Shown here: in pieces, positions 9,909-19,210 of the stretch | Numbering within the stretch: the stretch's first letter is position 1 | Layout of the letters: each line of letters opens with the position of its first letter | Made by a program: the position numbers and the translations under genes | Assembly: GCA_047651235.1 (NCBI GenBank) | Contig: CP178758.1 | Coordinates: 1,230,001 to 1,262,000, forward strand | DNA: 32,000 nucleotides | Direction: 5' to 3' | DNA from: Candidatus Electrothrix yaqonensis | GTDB taxonomy: Bacteria; Desulfobacterota; Desulfobulbia; Desulfobulbales; Desulfobulbaceae | Notes under the pieces: generated by a model | The model's input: only the letters and a program-made list of their open reading frames with translations | Told to the model about the DNA's origin: nothing | Database searches by the model: none

Positions 9909-11549
9909 CTATATTAATGCCAGCATCTGCTCCGGCGCAAGCAGGGCAAGACGATCCGCAACCTGTTTTCTTTTCTGTATAATTTTTTCGTCATCTTCCC
10001 CGATATCGGCCTTGAGCAGACATCGGCAGGCTTCGAGCAACCCTTGCGCAGCCAGTTCCGGCTCCCATGCTTCCAGCTTGTGACGGTCAATACGCATAAG
10101 CAGATTTTCTGCAAATGAAAGGGCCATATCTGTCCGGTCAGCTTGGAAAAGCAGGCGACAGAATCCCACATCGTACATAAACTCCCTGCGGGGAGACCCG
10201 GCACTCTTTTTCTGCTCCGCCAACCAGATCAGAGCATCCTGGATACCGGAACCGGCATTGAGACGAACTGCCTCCTCCACATCCAGTGCAACGTCCTGTT
10301 TTTTCGCGCTGGCCGAAGCGGCTTCAGGAGCGGAGGAAGCTGCTCCTGTCTGCACAGCCGGGGTAGAGGCAAGCCAGTCTTTGGTCTGCTGCGAGGCAAA
10401 GGGACGTTCGTCGCTGAAGGACAGCGACTCGATACCGGCCAGCTGGAGAGCATACAGTCTGGTCTCATTCTCCACAGCCTGAGCAGCAAGCATATGCCCC
10501 AGTCCTTTTAACGCCCTGAAACTGTAGTAACTCAGGTCCAGCCAGAACAGATGCTCCCTGACTCTGGACTCCGCAGCCTCCAGCAGATCCTCCCAGTTTT
10601 CAGCCCGGAACATCGTTTCAAGGATGGAAACAACCTGCTCGTTCGGCGGGGGTACCATCGTGACGCCATTTGTTGCCGGCGGCAGCTCGTCAAGTTCACT
10701 CCAGGCAACGAAACGGTTCAACTGATACGGCAGTGGCCTTGCTGTATTCGCCTGAAAGATATGCGTAGCGGCACGTCCAAGTAGGTCCAAGCCTTGGCGG
10801 AGATAAACGTCAGCATCGCCCTCATCCCCTTCCGGAACAGACACCGGCGGCGGAGACGGCTTCGGCTTGGGCTTCTCCTTCTTTTTGGGTGGTTCAGGGG
10901 CCGCCTTGGCAGGTTCTTCCTTCGGCTGTTGCTCAGGTTCAGCCGGTGCTTCCTCTTGTATTTCTTCCGGTTCCGGCTCAGGTTCAGGCGGCGGAGCTTC
11001 TTCGTCCACCAGCCGGGAGACCATATCTTTCAACGGCCTGAGCATAGGCCCGTCTTCCAGATTTTCTGCGATCAGGGCGTCAATCCCGTCAAGATCATCA
11101 AGCAGCTGTTGCCGCTGCTCTCCGGGCCACGTTTCGTTTTCCTGCTCTGACAGGAGCTGCTGCAGTTTGTCAACCCACCAGTTGAGGATGTTGATGCGCC
11201 CTTTTTTCCGTTTTTTCGGCGGGTACATCTTGTCCCACCATGTTTCCTGCAGATTCCGGAGAATATGGACGCCGACAGCAAAGCCCTGCAGACCGTCGGT
11301 ATACAGAAGCGCTACGTTCAGATAACAGGCTACGACGAGATTTTTGGATTCATCCCGCAGGATGGTAACGCCAAGTTCAGCAACCCGCGACCAGTTGACC
11401 CCCCCTTCAGCCGTGGGTGAGGAGAGTTTTTCCAGCTCACCGGTTAATTCCTCAAAGTTCGGCTCGTAACTGACATCAATACCGACCGGTGAATCTCCTT
11501 CTATCGGGGCTTCGCCGATATTTTTTATCTCTTCTCTATGCACAGGCAC
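9909..11549 (-). CDS. tssA: Type VI secretion protein TssA (ImpA_N family) with a long Pro/Glu/Lys-rich linker
   Basis: 546-aa ORF with a GTG start. The N-terminal ImpA-type motif is PIEGDSPVGIDVSYEPNFEELTGELEKL. It sits between tssM and tssB. Confidence 0.8.
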   Translation of the reverse strand: MPVHREEIKNIGEAPIEGDSPVGIDVSYEPNFEELTGELEKLSSPTAEGGVNWSRVAELGVTILRDESKNLVVACYLNVALLYTDGLQGFAVGVHILRNLQETWWDKMYPPKKRKKGRINILNWWVDKLQQLLSEQENETWPGEQRQQLLDDLDGIDALIAENLEDGPMLRPLKDMVSRLVDEEAPPPEPEPEPEEIQEEAPAEPEQQPKEEPAKAAPEPPKKKEKPKPKPSPPPVSVPEGDEGDADVYLRQGLDLLGRAATHIFQANTARPLPYQLNRFVAWSELDELPPATNGVTMVPPPNEQVVSILETMFRAENWEDLLEAAESRVREHLFWLDLSYYSFRALKGLGHMLAAQAVENETRLYALQLAGIESLSFSDERPFASQQTKDWLASTPAVQTGAASSAPEAASASAKKQDVALDVEEAVRLNAGSGIQDALIWLAEQKKSAGSPRREFMYDVGFCRLLFQADRTDMALSFAENLLMRIDRHKLEAWEPELAAQGLLEACRCLLKADIGEDDEKIIQKRKQVADRLALLAPEQMLALI

Positions 11550-11583
11550 CTGTCAGCTGTTCATTCCGTTAATATATCGGTGG

Positions 11584-14500
11584 TCAGTTGAAAATAACGT
11601 CTCCATGCTGCTGTTCCGGCAGAGCGATAATTCTCGGAACGACCGGTTTCAGTTCCAGCAGCCGTAAGACCTCCTCCTGTCCGCTGACAGAATAGGTCAG
11701 GACAATATTCTTGATATTTGTGCTCTTGAGATGACCGGCTTCATCAGGAAAATCTTCAGGTGTGAAGCGGAGAGCGCCGTCAATAAAATCATTCAGAAAA
11801 TGAGCAAAGGCCATGTGCCCTCCGTAATGTTTCCGCAGGGTGGCACCGGGGAAATCAATGGTCAGATTGACATCACTGCATTTATCCGGTGACCAGGTAA
11901 AAATCTGCGTCCGCGGATAATTATCGTTTTCCAGCACGATTTCATCCTCAGCGCATTGGACAGTAATGACTGAAGAAGACGGCTCCTCAGTGGCATCTCT
12001 GTTGACCTCCATAGGCCGGTTGGTTATCTCGACACGATAGTCGGCCTGTCTGTTGATCACCACAGAATTTCCCTGATCAAGGAAGGCATACAGGGCAGGT
12101 TCAAGCAGCAGAGATCTGCCGAATGCACTCCGTGACTGATATCCATGTACGGTATTCTGCAGAAACGGCCCGCCGCTGCCTTTGACGAATTTCCAGACAG
12201 CTCCGTTTTCTTTTTCAAACAGGAAGCCGACCCGTTTATGTTCATTCAGCACCGCTTCTGACGGAGCAACCACCTGCTCCATCCATTGGTCCTGAAAAAC
12301 TGCAGCACTTTCTTTGAGCCCGAATTCTGTCAGAAAATCAAACGGTCCTTCCACAAGCCGCCAAGCAAAAGAATTTTCATATTTCCCTTTGGCCAGTCCA
12401 TGCAGGATCCCTGCAGTCTTATATGCCTTCCCGTATAACGACACGTCATCGCCGGGATTGACAGCCTCACGGAACCAGTTGCTCACCACCTGAAATGTTT
12501 TTTCTTTATATGGGGTGGCAGCCTCCAATGCATTCAAGGCCTTTCGGTATTCATTCCACGCTGCAGCCAGATTGTCCTTGGAACCGGCATAATTTGCTTG
12601 TTTCTTTCCTATGCCTGTTTTGGTTGCGATTCGTTCGGCTTTGTTCAATCCGAGTTTGCTTTTTATCTTGCTGAATCTACTGGTCACCTTGGCTGCTGTA
12701 GCGGAAAGCCCTTTTCCTTCCGTTTTCCGAATTGTGTCAGCCTGCTGCCGTATCTCCTCAAATGCAATGACTGCCTCGGCCCACGGCGGCGGATTCACTT
12801 TTTTTCCGTTTTCTTCATACTGGAGAAAGTCCTCATCAGCAGCAAAACTTTCCACTTCCTCCGCCATTTTTTCGATCAGGGTAAAATACGGATTCGACGC
12901 CTTGGTCATCCGGATAGCCGCTTCACGCCATTTTTCCCCGTGGTATCGGGGCAAACTTGGAGATAAGTCAATTTCAGTGTCATCCTGATCAGAGGATACA
13001 GATTCCGTTTGCAGGTGCGGGCTGTTATCTTCCTTTGCAGCAAAAATCTCCTCTTCAACAAGAGAGTTACGCGCAACGGAGAAATTCTCGGCAAAATTAT
13101 ACCAACGGGCAAAGAAAACAGTTTCATACGACTGACGGAAACGTTGGCGTAAGGCTTCAAGTACTTTTTCTCCGACCCATTCTGTTTTTGAAGACTGCTC
13201 AACAGCATCTTTTGTAGACAAAGAACCTGCAACCGGACGCCGCTTCATCGCTTCTGCAGTCATCTTGAAAAATGCATGAATGTTGCTCCGTCCCTCTCCG
13301 GTAAAGGCGCCGTCCACAAAAAAGATATTATACTGCTGCAGGATCTTATGGGACCAAAAATCACCTAAGCCGATAGCCTCAGTTTCTGTAATAAGAGGAT
13401 GATACAACCAGGAAACATCATCCGTCCTGTGCGCCAGCAATTTCACCAGATCAGCCTGAAGAATCTTCAGCCGGGATGCAGCAGTGTTTCGATCTTCAGT
13501 CCAAAAGAGATAATGTTTATTCAGGTCAGCAAAAGAACCGGCGACTTCCGAAGAAATAGTGCCATCCGGAAAATGCAGGATACGTGCCGCAGCCGGACTG
13601 AAGCCTGAACTGATCTCTTCGATAGCCTCTTCAGCCAAGTATTTCTGCAGCAGATAAATATACTCGACACCGAAGTCGGCATAATCGGCAAACAGCTCAT
13701 TCGAGGTATGCTCATTCACTCTGCTGATTGAGTGGGCCAAACGACTTTCCAGGGGCTGCTGAAGAACAGACTCAAAGCTGTCACAGTACCGTTTTTTCAA
13801 CTCCTGTTCGGTATTGACCGCATGGCCGAAGTGAATATTCGATAACCTGTTTGACCGGTTCAGATCCTCCAGTTTGATGATCTCCCGCCGTAATTTTTCC
13901 AGCTCCAGGACGTCTGCATTGAATTCCTTCTGGTCGGTCGGTACCTCCGAAGGAAAATACGTTGTTTCAGTAATCTCCTTGGCACTACTCAGGCTGTTCT
14001 GATTATTGATGAAGGAGATTCCCACCAGACCGGCCCAGAAAAGACAGAAAAGCCACCAGCTCATCAGGCCGAAACTTCTGGTCATTCTCCGCCAAAGCAC
14101 GAACTCCTTAACCGGTTCAAGCCGTTCCCGACCGTCAGCCAGAATGCGGGAAAAAAGCTCTGTCAGGAAAAACGGTCGTCCGCTGCCTGCCAGCTTGATT
14201 TCCCGATCAGGTGACGCAGAGAGCGGAGCCCGACCGCTGCCAAAATAGATTCCGGCGAGATACGGTGTCTCCTGAAACCGGTTTTCCGAAAAAACAGGCT
14301 CAAGAAAGCTGCTCAACCCGCTGCGCAGCTGGTCAAAACTTTCCGGGAAAACAAGAAAATCTGGTTGATATGATCTGCCAGCAAGTACGTATTCCCTGCG
14401 GATCTCCCGCAGGCGTTCCCCGGTCTCCCGCATGACATCATCCAGCACTTCCTGCCAGAAGGGCGTGCCCTTGCGGTTCCAGTACCCCATTACCTGATCG

Positions 14501-15324
14501 TGATCTGAGGAGTCAATACTGTCGGCAAATCCGATAAATCCGGGTACCAGATCCATCTTGGTGATAATCACACGGACCGGAATCTTATACCCGATGGTCC
14601 GCATCAGATTATCAACACGGTTCCGCAGCAGCTGGCCCTGTTTTTTCAGCAGATCTCCGGCAGCTTCCCTGATCAGATCAGCGGAAATAAATAAAAGGAT
14701 ACCGTTGAGCGGCTCCCTTTTTCTGTGTTTTGCCAGCAGGGTGAGAAACCGTTTCCACTCATCCTGATCACCGGTTCCCTCTACAGGGAGAGCATACCGA
14801 CCCGCAGCGTCCAGAACAACAGCCCTATTGAGAAACCACCAGTCGCAGTTTCTTGTTGCTGCGGCCTGACCGTCCTGTTCTGTTCCGGCAACAGAGGCAG
14901 CCAGCCCGAAGTTGCTTATCGCGGTCGTTTTTCCCGTACCTGCCGCACCGATGGCCAGATACCAGGGAAGGACATAGACTGGATTTCCTCTGCTCCGCAG
15001 ATGAGAATCACGCAGCAGGGCAAGATTGGCATGCCAGCTTTTTTCCAGTTCCTTGACCTGGAGCGAATCCGGGGCAGCATCTTCATCAATGATCTGTTCC
15101 TGATCGACAATCTGCTCGACCAGTTTTTTTCCTCTGCGCCGGACCAGATATTTCTTCAGAAACAGCGTAAAGAAAAAACAGGCAATAATACCGGCGCCTA
15201 CAGCCCCGCCGAGCCATGGCGGCCAGTCCAGAAACGCAATTCCCAACCCGGCAACAGCTGCCGCCAGCACAACGACAGCAAGAAAAAGAAGAAACCAGAA
15301 AAATTTTTTCAGCAACCTGTTCAC
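11584..15324 (-). CDS. tssM: Type VI secretion membrane complex protein TssM (IcmF-like)
   Basis: 1246-aa ORF. N-terminal TM segments, Walker A GAAGTGKTT, then a long IcmF-like C-terminal region. It follows tssL. Confidence 0.9.
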   Translation of the reverse strand: MNRLLKKFFWFLLFLAVVVLAAAVAGLGIAFLDWPPWLGGAVGAGIIACFFFTLFLKKYLVRRRGKKLVEQIVDQEQIIDEDAAPDSLQVKELEKSWHANLALLRDSHLRSRGNPVYVLPWYLAIGAAGTGKTTAISNFGLAASVAGTEQDGQAAATRNCDWWFLNRAVVLDAAGRYALPVEGTGDQDEWKRFLTLLAKHRKREPLNGILLFISADLIREAAGDLLKKQGQLLRNRVDNLMRTIGYKIPVRVIITKMDLVPGFIGFADSIDSSDHDQVMGYWNRKGTPFWQEVLDDVMRETGERLREIRREYVLAGRSYQPDFLVFPESFDQLRSGLSSFLEPVFSENRFQETPYLAGIYFGSGRAPLSASPDREIKLAGSGRPFFLTELFSRILADGRERLEPVKEFVLWRRMTRSFGLMSWWLFCLFWAGLVGISFINNQNSLSSAKEITETTYFPSEVPTDQKEFNADVLELEKLRREIIKLEDLNRSNRLSNIHFGHAVNTEQELKKRYCDSFESVLQQPLESRLAHSISRVNEHTSNELFADYADFGVEYIYLLQKYLAEEAIEEISSGFSPAAARILHFPDGTISSEVAGSFADLNKHYLFWTEDRNTAASRLKILQADLVKLLAHRTDDVSWLYHPLITETEAIGLGDFWSHKILQQYNIFFVDGAFTGEGRSNIHAFFKMTAEAMKRRPVAGSLSTKDAVEQSSKTEWVGEKVLEALRQRFRQSYETVFFARWYNFAENFSVARNSLVEEEIFAAKEDNSPHLQTESVSSDQDDTEIDLSPSLPRYHGEKWREAAIRMTKASNPYFTLIEKMAEEVESFAADEDFLQYEENGKKVNPPPWAEAVIAFEEIRQQADTIRKTEGKGLSATAAKVTSRFSKIKSKLGLNKAERIATKTGIGKKQANYAGSKDNLAAAWNEYRKALNALEAATPYKEKTFQVVSNWFREAVNPGDDVSLYGKAYKTAGILHGLAKGKYENSFAWRLVEGPFDFLTEFGLKESAAVFQDQWMEQVVAPSEAVLNEHKRVGFLFEKENGAVWKFVKGSGGPFLQNTVHGYQSRSAFGRSLLLEPALYAFLDQGNSVVINRQADYRVEITNRPMEVNRDATEEPSSSVITVQCAEDEIVLENDNYPRTQIFTWSPDKCSDVNLTIDFPGATLRKHYGGHMAFAHFLNDFIDGALRFTPEDFPDEAGHLKSTNIKNIVLTYSVSGQEEVLRLLELKPVVPRIIALPEQQHGDVIFN

Positions 15325-15330
15325 TCTGCT

Positions 15331-15975
15331 CTATCCCCCCAGGACCGCCCGCATGTGTACATCAAGACGATAAAAGAAGATACAGTAAATACCGATAAGG
15401 ACAGACAGAGGCACCAGGAAGAGAGCAAAGGAACGCAACATATACATTTTCGGAGGTCTGTACCCGTGCCGTTCGTTACTGCTGCGGTAACCGGCAGGAA
15501 ACAGTTTTTTCGACGGAGCCGAACCATTGTCCAGCCTGCTGTACAATGCTGCACGCCGTTCTTCCAGGGAAGCCGGATCGCCGTAGAACCGACCACGAAA
15601 ACCGAGAGCAAAACAGTAGGCAAAGACCTCCAGTAGCTGCTCATCCTGCCGGTCGGCTGCTTCAAGACGGTCATAGAATTCATCGCCGCCGTTATTGGTA
15701 TGAAACAGATGCCGCTGCAGCAGATGATTGCTCCACTCAGATCTAAACGGCAGGTCGGCACAGAGGATCGCCTCATCCATCCAGACGATAACGGCGAACA
15801 GCGCCTCTTCAAACTGCTGCTGATCATATCCGCGCTGCCTGCCGCATTCCCGGACTTCCTCAATAAGTCCGAGGCAATGTTCATGGACCTGACGGGCATC
15901 GGTATATTGCTCCGCATTTTCAGAAAGGCGGAGCACAAAGGCAAAAAGATCGCAGAAACAGTCAACGAGACGCAT
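15331..15975 (-). CDS. tssL: Type VI secretion membrane complex protein TssL (DotU family)
   Basis: 214-aa ORF with a DotU-like cytoplasmic domain and a single C-terminal TM (SFALFLVPLSVLIGIYCIFFY). It lies between tssK and tssM. Confidence 0.85.
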   Translation of the reverse strand: MRLVDCFCDLFAFVLRLSENAEQYTDARQVHEHCLGLIEEVRECGRQRGYDQQQFEEALFAVIVWMDEAILCADLPFRSEWSNHLLQRHLFHTNNGGDEFYDRLEAADRQDEQLLEVFAYCFALGFRGRFYGDPASLEERRAALYSRLDNGSAPSKKLFPAGYRSSNERHGYRPPKMYMLRSFALFLVPLSVLIGIYCIFFYRLDVHMRAVLGG

Positions 15976-15995
15976 AATCCTGCACCACTGTCTTT

Positions 15996-17381
15996 TCAGA
16001 CCCTGGTAATAACAAGTTCAATAACCGTATCATCCGGGGCTCCGTCCCAGTGGAGACAGAAGCGACCGTCTGTGGCCAGTTCTCTCCAGCGGGGATGATC
16101 AATATCAAGCTGAAAGCACCAGCTGTCCTCACGGCGGGCCATACCCAGCGGCGGAACATCCCTGTACTCCAGGGGAACGCCGCCCAAGGCACGGGAAACC
16201 ATCACCGGCATAACGTCACAATGCCCGACCTTGACATGATGGATCACGGTCTCGATAGTGCTTTCATCGCCGGAAAGCAGCCGGACCATCAGACAGTAGA
16301 TATTGCGCTGCCGCAGCGTTTCAGCAGGAATCTCGCAGGAGAACCGGTCATGTTTCCGGATCAGACTGATGATATTTTCAGAGCCCATGACAATGCCTTC
16401 CAGCAGCTCGCTGATCAGCCGCAGAGTCTCCTTGAAACAGGTTTCAAGGGCAAGATGATCATAGGACGGCAGAAGCGAGGTCCCGTCGCGCAGATGCCCC
16501 AAGGCGTTCATCCGATCGCTGAAGGTGCTCAGTTCGCCGATAAGCTGCCGCAGCACCGCATACAGCGTCCAGGGATGCACCCGTGGGGTCTCGATAAAAT
16601 GCTGCAGCAGGGTAAGGTACCGGTTCAGCGATTTCAGCGCGGAGAGATAATTCAGGTTGACGAGCGCCATATCCTTATAGGCATGGCTTCCTGTCGGCTT
16701 ATAGGTTTCCAGGACCCGGCAGCGTGCCTGGACATGCTCCCGGATCTGCTTGACAATCTGCAGCAGGTGCGGTGCTCCCCGAAGCATGAAGACCGGCGGA
16801 ATAAAATCACCGGCTGCCCGGATTTCCTCGCCTTTCATCCGCAGTCTGCCCGCAGGCAGGATCAGATATTCATCTTTATCCGTAAGCTCATCCTTCCAGA
16901 ACAGTTCCAGGCGATGATTGAGCAGATACATTGCCGCTGCCGGGCCGTTTTCATGCAGATCTTCATATTCCACCGGATCGGCATCTTTCTGATAGCGAAC
17001 ACCTTCAGGCGCTTTCTCGCCCTCGGAAATCACATTGCCCCTGAACCGGTCCCAATGCTTCAGGCCGATATAAAAAGGAAAGGTTGCCTCTTCGATAAAG
17101 GCCGCCTCCCGATCGGCAAAGGAGCGGGAAGGCAGGACAGCGTTCTTTCCCAGCACTGTCCAGGTACCGTCCTGAAAAATGGCCTCAAAGGCGGTCAGTT
17201 CGACTACCCGGTTCAGCAGAGCGGCTTCATTGATTTCTATGGACTGGATCCCCCAGAAATAGGGCTGCAGACAGAACTGGACCGGATAAAGCAGCGACTG
17301 CTGGTAGCGGTCAAGGTGCTGAAAATGCTGGGGCTGGAGAAAAAGCCCCTGGTGCCAGAAGATCGGCTGTTCAGGAACCAT
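15996..17381 (-). CDS. tssK: Type VI secretion baseplate protein TssK
   Basis: 461-aa ORF. N-terminus PIFWHQGLFLQPQHFQHLDRY is the hallmark TssK opening. Confidence 0.92.
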   Translation of the reverse strand: MVPEQPIFWHQGLFLQPQHFQHLDRYQQSLLYPVQFCLQPYFWGIQSIEINEAALLNRVVELTAFEAIFQDGTWTVLGKNAVLPSRSFADREAAFIEEATFPFYIGLKHWDRFRGNVISEGEKAPEGVRYQKDADPVEYEDLHENGPAAAMYLLNHRLELFWKDELTDKDEYLILPAGRLRMKGEEIRAAGDFIPPVFMLRGAPHLLQIVKQIREHVQARCRVLETYKPTGSHAYKDMALVNLNYLSALKSLNRYLTLLQHFIETPRVHPWTLYAVLRQLIGELSTFSDRMNALGHLRDGTSLLPSYDHLALETCFKETLRLISELLEGIVMGSENIISLIRKHDRFSCEIPAETLRQRNIYCLMVRLLSGDESTIETVIHHVKVGHCDVMPVMVSRALGGVPLEYRDVPPLGMARREDSWCFQLDIDHPRWRELATDGRFCLHWDGAPDDTVIELVITRV

Positions 17382-17940
17382 GTTGCACCTCCGTTTTCCG
17401 TATGACCCGCAGCCCGTCCCGTCCCAGAGTCAGACTGAGTCCGAGCAGGCTGATTTTGGCATTTTTCCAGATCTTGAACATACCGTGCCCTTCAGTCTCG
17501 TATTTGAGATCCTGGACAGAGACACAGCGGGAGGGCATCAGATCATAATACCCGGCAACAATCCCCACAAATTTGGTGTGCTCTGCCCGGTCAAGGGTGA
17601 GATTCCGGGTGCCGCCCGGCTCGATATAGAGTTTTTCCAGAGCCATAACACTGGGATCAAAAACCTTGGCTTCGAGTAATTTTCTCAACCCTTCCTTGTG
17701 CCCGGCAAGACGGTTGAATTCATTGATCTCCTTTAGCTGGTAAATCACCAGCAGCAGAGAGTTGGGATGGCCGTCCTGTGCATTGAGATCCGGAGCTGCA
17801 CGGTAGACAATATTGATGCCGTTTTCTCCGTATGTCCACTCCGGTTTCGGTTCTTCACCGGCGCAGGCCGGGAGCAGCAACAGACACAGAAAAAAAGGAA
17901 AGTATATTTTTTTTCCACTGAATATAATTTTTTCAACCAC
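17371..17940 (-). CDS. tssJ: Type VI secretion outer-membrane lipoprotein TssJ
   Basis: 189-aa ORF with a GTG start. Lipobox LLPAC. Its size, its position as first gene before tssK, and an 11-nt overlap with tssK all fit. Confidence 0.8.
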   Translation of the reverse strand: MVEKIIFSGKKIYFPFFLCLLLLPACAGEEPKPEWTYGENGINIVYRAAPDLNAQDGHPNSLLLVIYQLKEINEFNRLAGHKEGLRKLLEAKVFDPSVMALEKLYIEPGGTRNLTLDRAEHTKFVGIVAGYYDLMPSRCVSVQDLKYETEGHGMFKIWKNAKISLLGLSLTLGRDGLRVIRKTEVQHGS

Positions 17941-18357
17941 GTACTTTCATTCCTGATAAACAACGATAACAATATTTAATTACTATATTTTTATCCGCAA
18001 AGCAAAGGTCAGGCAAAGGATAAGAACGACAACCTTATTAAAGTTCTTAAAACATATTTGGGTTATTTTCAAACAAAAAAAGAAAGTCAGGCGGATTGAC
18101 GAAGATTCTGCCTGCTTGGCAGGCTGATTTCTATAGAGAAACAGGATGCCGGATTGAGCGGTTTCTCCGTTGTACGGGACGGGCTGTTCTTAGAAGCATG
18201 TTTTTCAAACAGCTTCTAAGTTTCATATTTCCGTATTGGTGGCTTTTGTTCAGGAATGACCGTCATGTCATTGTGGGCAGGGGAGACGGATTGCAGCGAT
18301 GAAATGACATCTGCTTTTGGTGGTGAGTTGCCGCAGCAGAAAAGTTATTGGCGGGCT

Positions 18358-18536
18358 AATGCCGAGTTGACCGGAATTTTCCTGGTATAATGGCCGCTTG
18401 CGGTTGATTATTGCGGGAAAATTTCGAGTCCAACGTTTGGTTCCGAAGGCGCGTAGCGCCGCAGGAATCAAATGTTGGGCCGGTACGGTCAACTCGGCAT
18501 TCCAAAGGCGTGGCCCGAAGGGGCGCGCCTTTGGAA
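18358..18536. other. Densely base-paired non-coding element (candidate structured RNA or palindromic element)
   Basis: A perfect 16-bp long-range inverted repeat, AATGCCGAGTTGACCG (18358-18373) / CGGTCAACTCGGCATT (18486-18501), encloses two nested hairpins (GGAATTTTCC...GGAAAATTTC and CCAACGTTTGG...CAAATGTTGGG, the latter with inner GGCGC-GTA-GCGCC). A second hairpin follows immediately: TTCCAAAGGCG...CGCCTTTGGAA (18500-18536). As minus-strand RNA, the apical loop of the second hairpin (18500-18536) reads UUCG (CCC-UUCG-GGG); a second UUCG in the enclosed region (18443-18446) lies at an internal junction. Confidence 0.4.
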
Positions 18537-18611
18537 CCATGTTGTGGGTGTGAAGATTCAGGAGGAAAAATAATCCTGTCGGAGTATGGTGGCGTATCCG
18601 GTTGGGTATAA

Positions 18612-18875
18612 TTATGAATAATGATACCGGCATGAAATGATCGTAATATATTGATCAGTCACAGCATAAACCAACCTGTTCTGTTCATCAATTCTGCGGG
18701 ACCAGAAACCAGATAAATTTTCCTTTAACGCTTCAGGCTTGCCGATTCCCCTAAAGGGATCACGCTTGACCGCATCAATCAGTTTATTGATCCTTTTCAG
18801 GGTCTTTTTGTCTTGTGACTGCCAATAGACATAATCCTTCCATGCTTCATCCGTCCAGGCAAGCTGTCTATTCAC
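18612..18875 (-). CDS. yoeB: YoeB/Txe-family type II toxin (mRNA interferase)
   Basis: 87-aa ORF. WTDEAWKDYVYWQSQDKKTLKRINKLI...NLSGFWSRRIDEQNRLVY...CRYHY is a classic YoeB sequence. It overlaps yefM by 8 nt. Confidence 0.93.
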   Translation of the reverse strand: MNRQLAWTDEAWKDYVYWQSQDKKTLKRINKLIDAVKRDPFRGIGKPEALKENLSGFWSRRIDEQNRLVYAVTDQYITIISCRYHYS

Positions 18876-19122
18876 GGATCAGCTCTCTTTCGTTTATCTG
18901 ACCGTTCTTATACTGCATGATAGATTTTGCCAAGTGTTCGGCATTGGCCGGTGTTTTGAGGAGATGCAAGGTTTCCATCAGGCTGTTGAAGACCTCCAGC
19001 GACATCACGACGGTATCCTCTCTGTCGCGCCTTGAAATAATTGTGTAATCGGCATCGTCGGTTACTTGATCCAGCACCGCTTTCAGGTTATTTCTTGCTT
19101 CGCTGAAATTCACTACTTTCAT
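18868..19122 (-). CDS. yefM: YefM/Phd-family antitoxin
   Basis: ATG at 19122 with GGAGG 5 nt upstream gives the 84-aa protein MKVVNFSEARNNLKAVLDQVTDDADYTIISRRDRE... The 210-aa ORF in the track is an artefactual upstream extension. Confidence 0.9.
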   Translation of the reverse strand: MKVVNFSEARNNLKAVLDQVTDDADYTIISRRDREDTVVMSLEVFNSLMETLHLLKTPANAEHLAKSIMQYKNGQINERELIRE

Positions 19123-19148
19123 TATCGCCTCCAGACTTGTTCTGTTTA

Positions 19149-19156
19149 TTGTACAA
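19149..19156. promoter_or_regulatory. Candidate YefM-YoeB operator palindrome (TGTACA core)
   Basis: TTGTACAA lies 27 nt upstream of the yefM start. The E. coli yefM-yoeB operator is built from palindromes with a 5'-TGTACA-3' core. Confidence 0.4.
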
Positions 19157-19210
19157 GTATAACTCGGCAGCATGCAATTAGCAAATGAATAGTCGTGACG
19201 GTGGACAGAG

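Noticed and set aside
15321-15965. Alternative 214-aa ORF overlapping tssL in another frame.
   Set aside because: The 15331-15975 frame gives a DotU-like sequence with a C-terminal TM and an ATG start. The other frame is Ser/Cys/Arg-rich with no recognisable features.
18116-18131. Sigma-54-like promoter TTGGCAGGCTGATTTC upstream of the T6SS operon.
   Set aside because: It is on the + strand, pointing away from tssJ. The near-invariant GC of the -12 element is missing (TTTC instead of TTGC).
18367-18391. TTGACC ... TGGTATAAT read as a + strand promoter inside the structured element.
   Set aside because: The spacer between the hexamers is only 13 nt, far from the ~17 nt optimum, and both hexamers are part of predicted helices.
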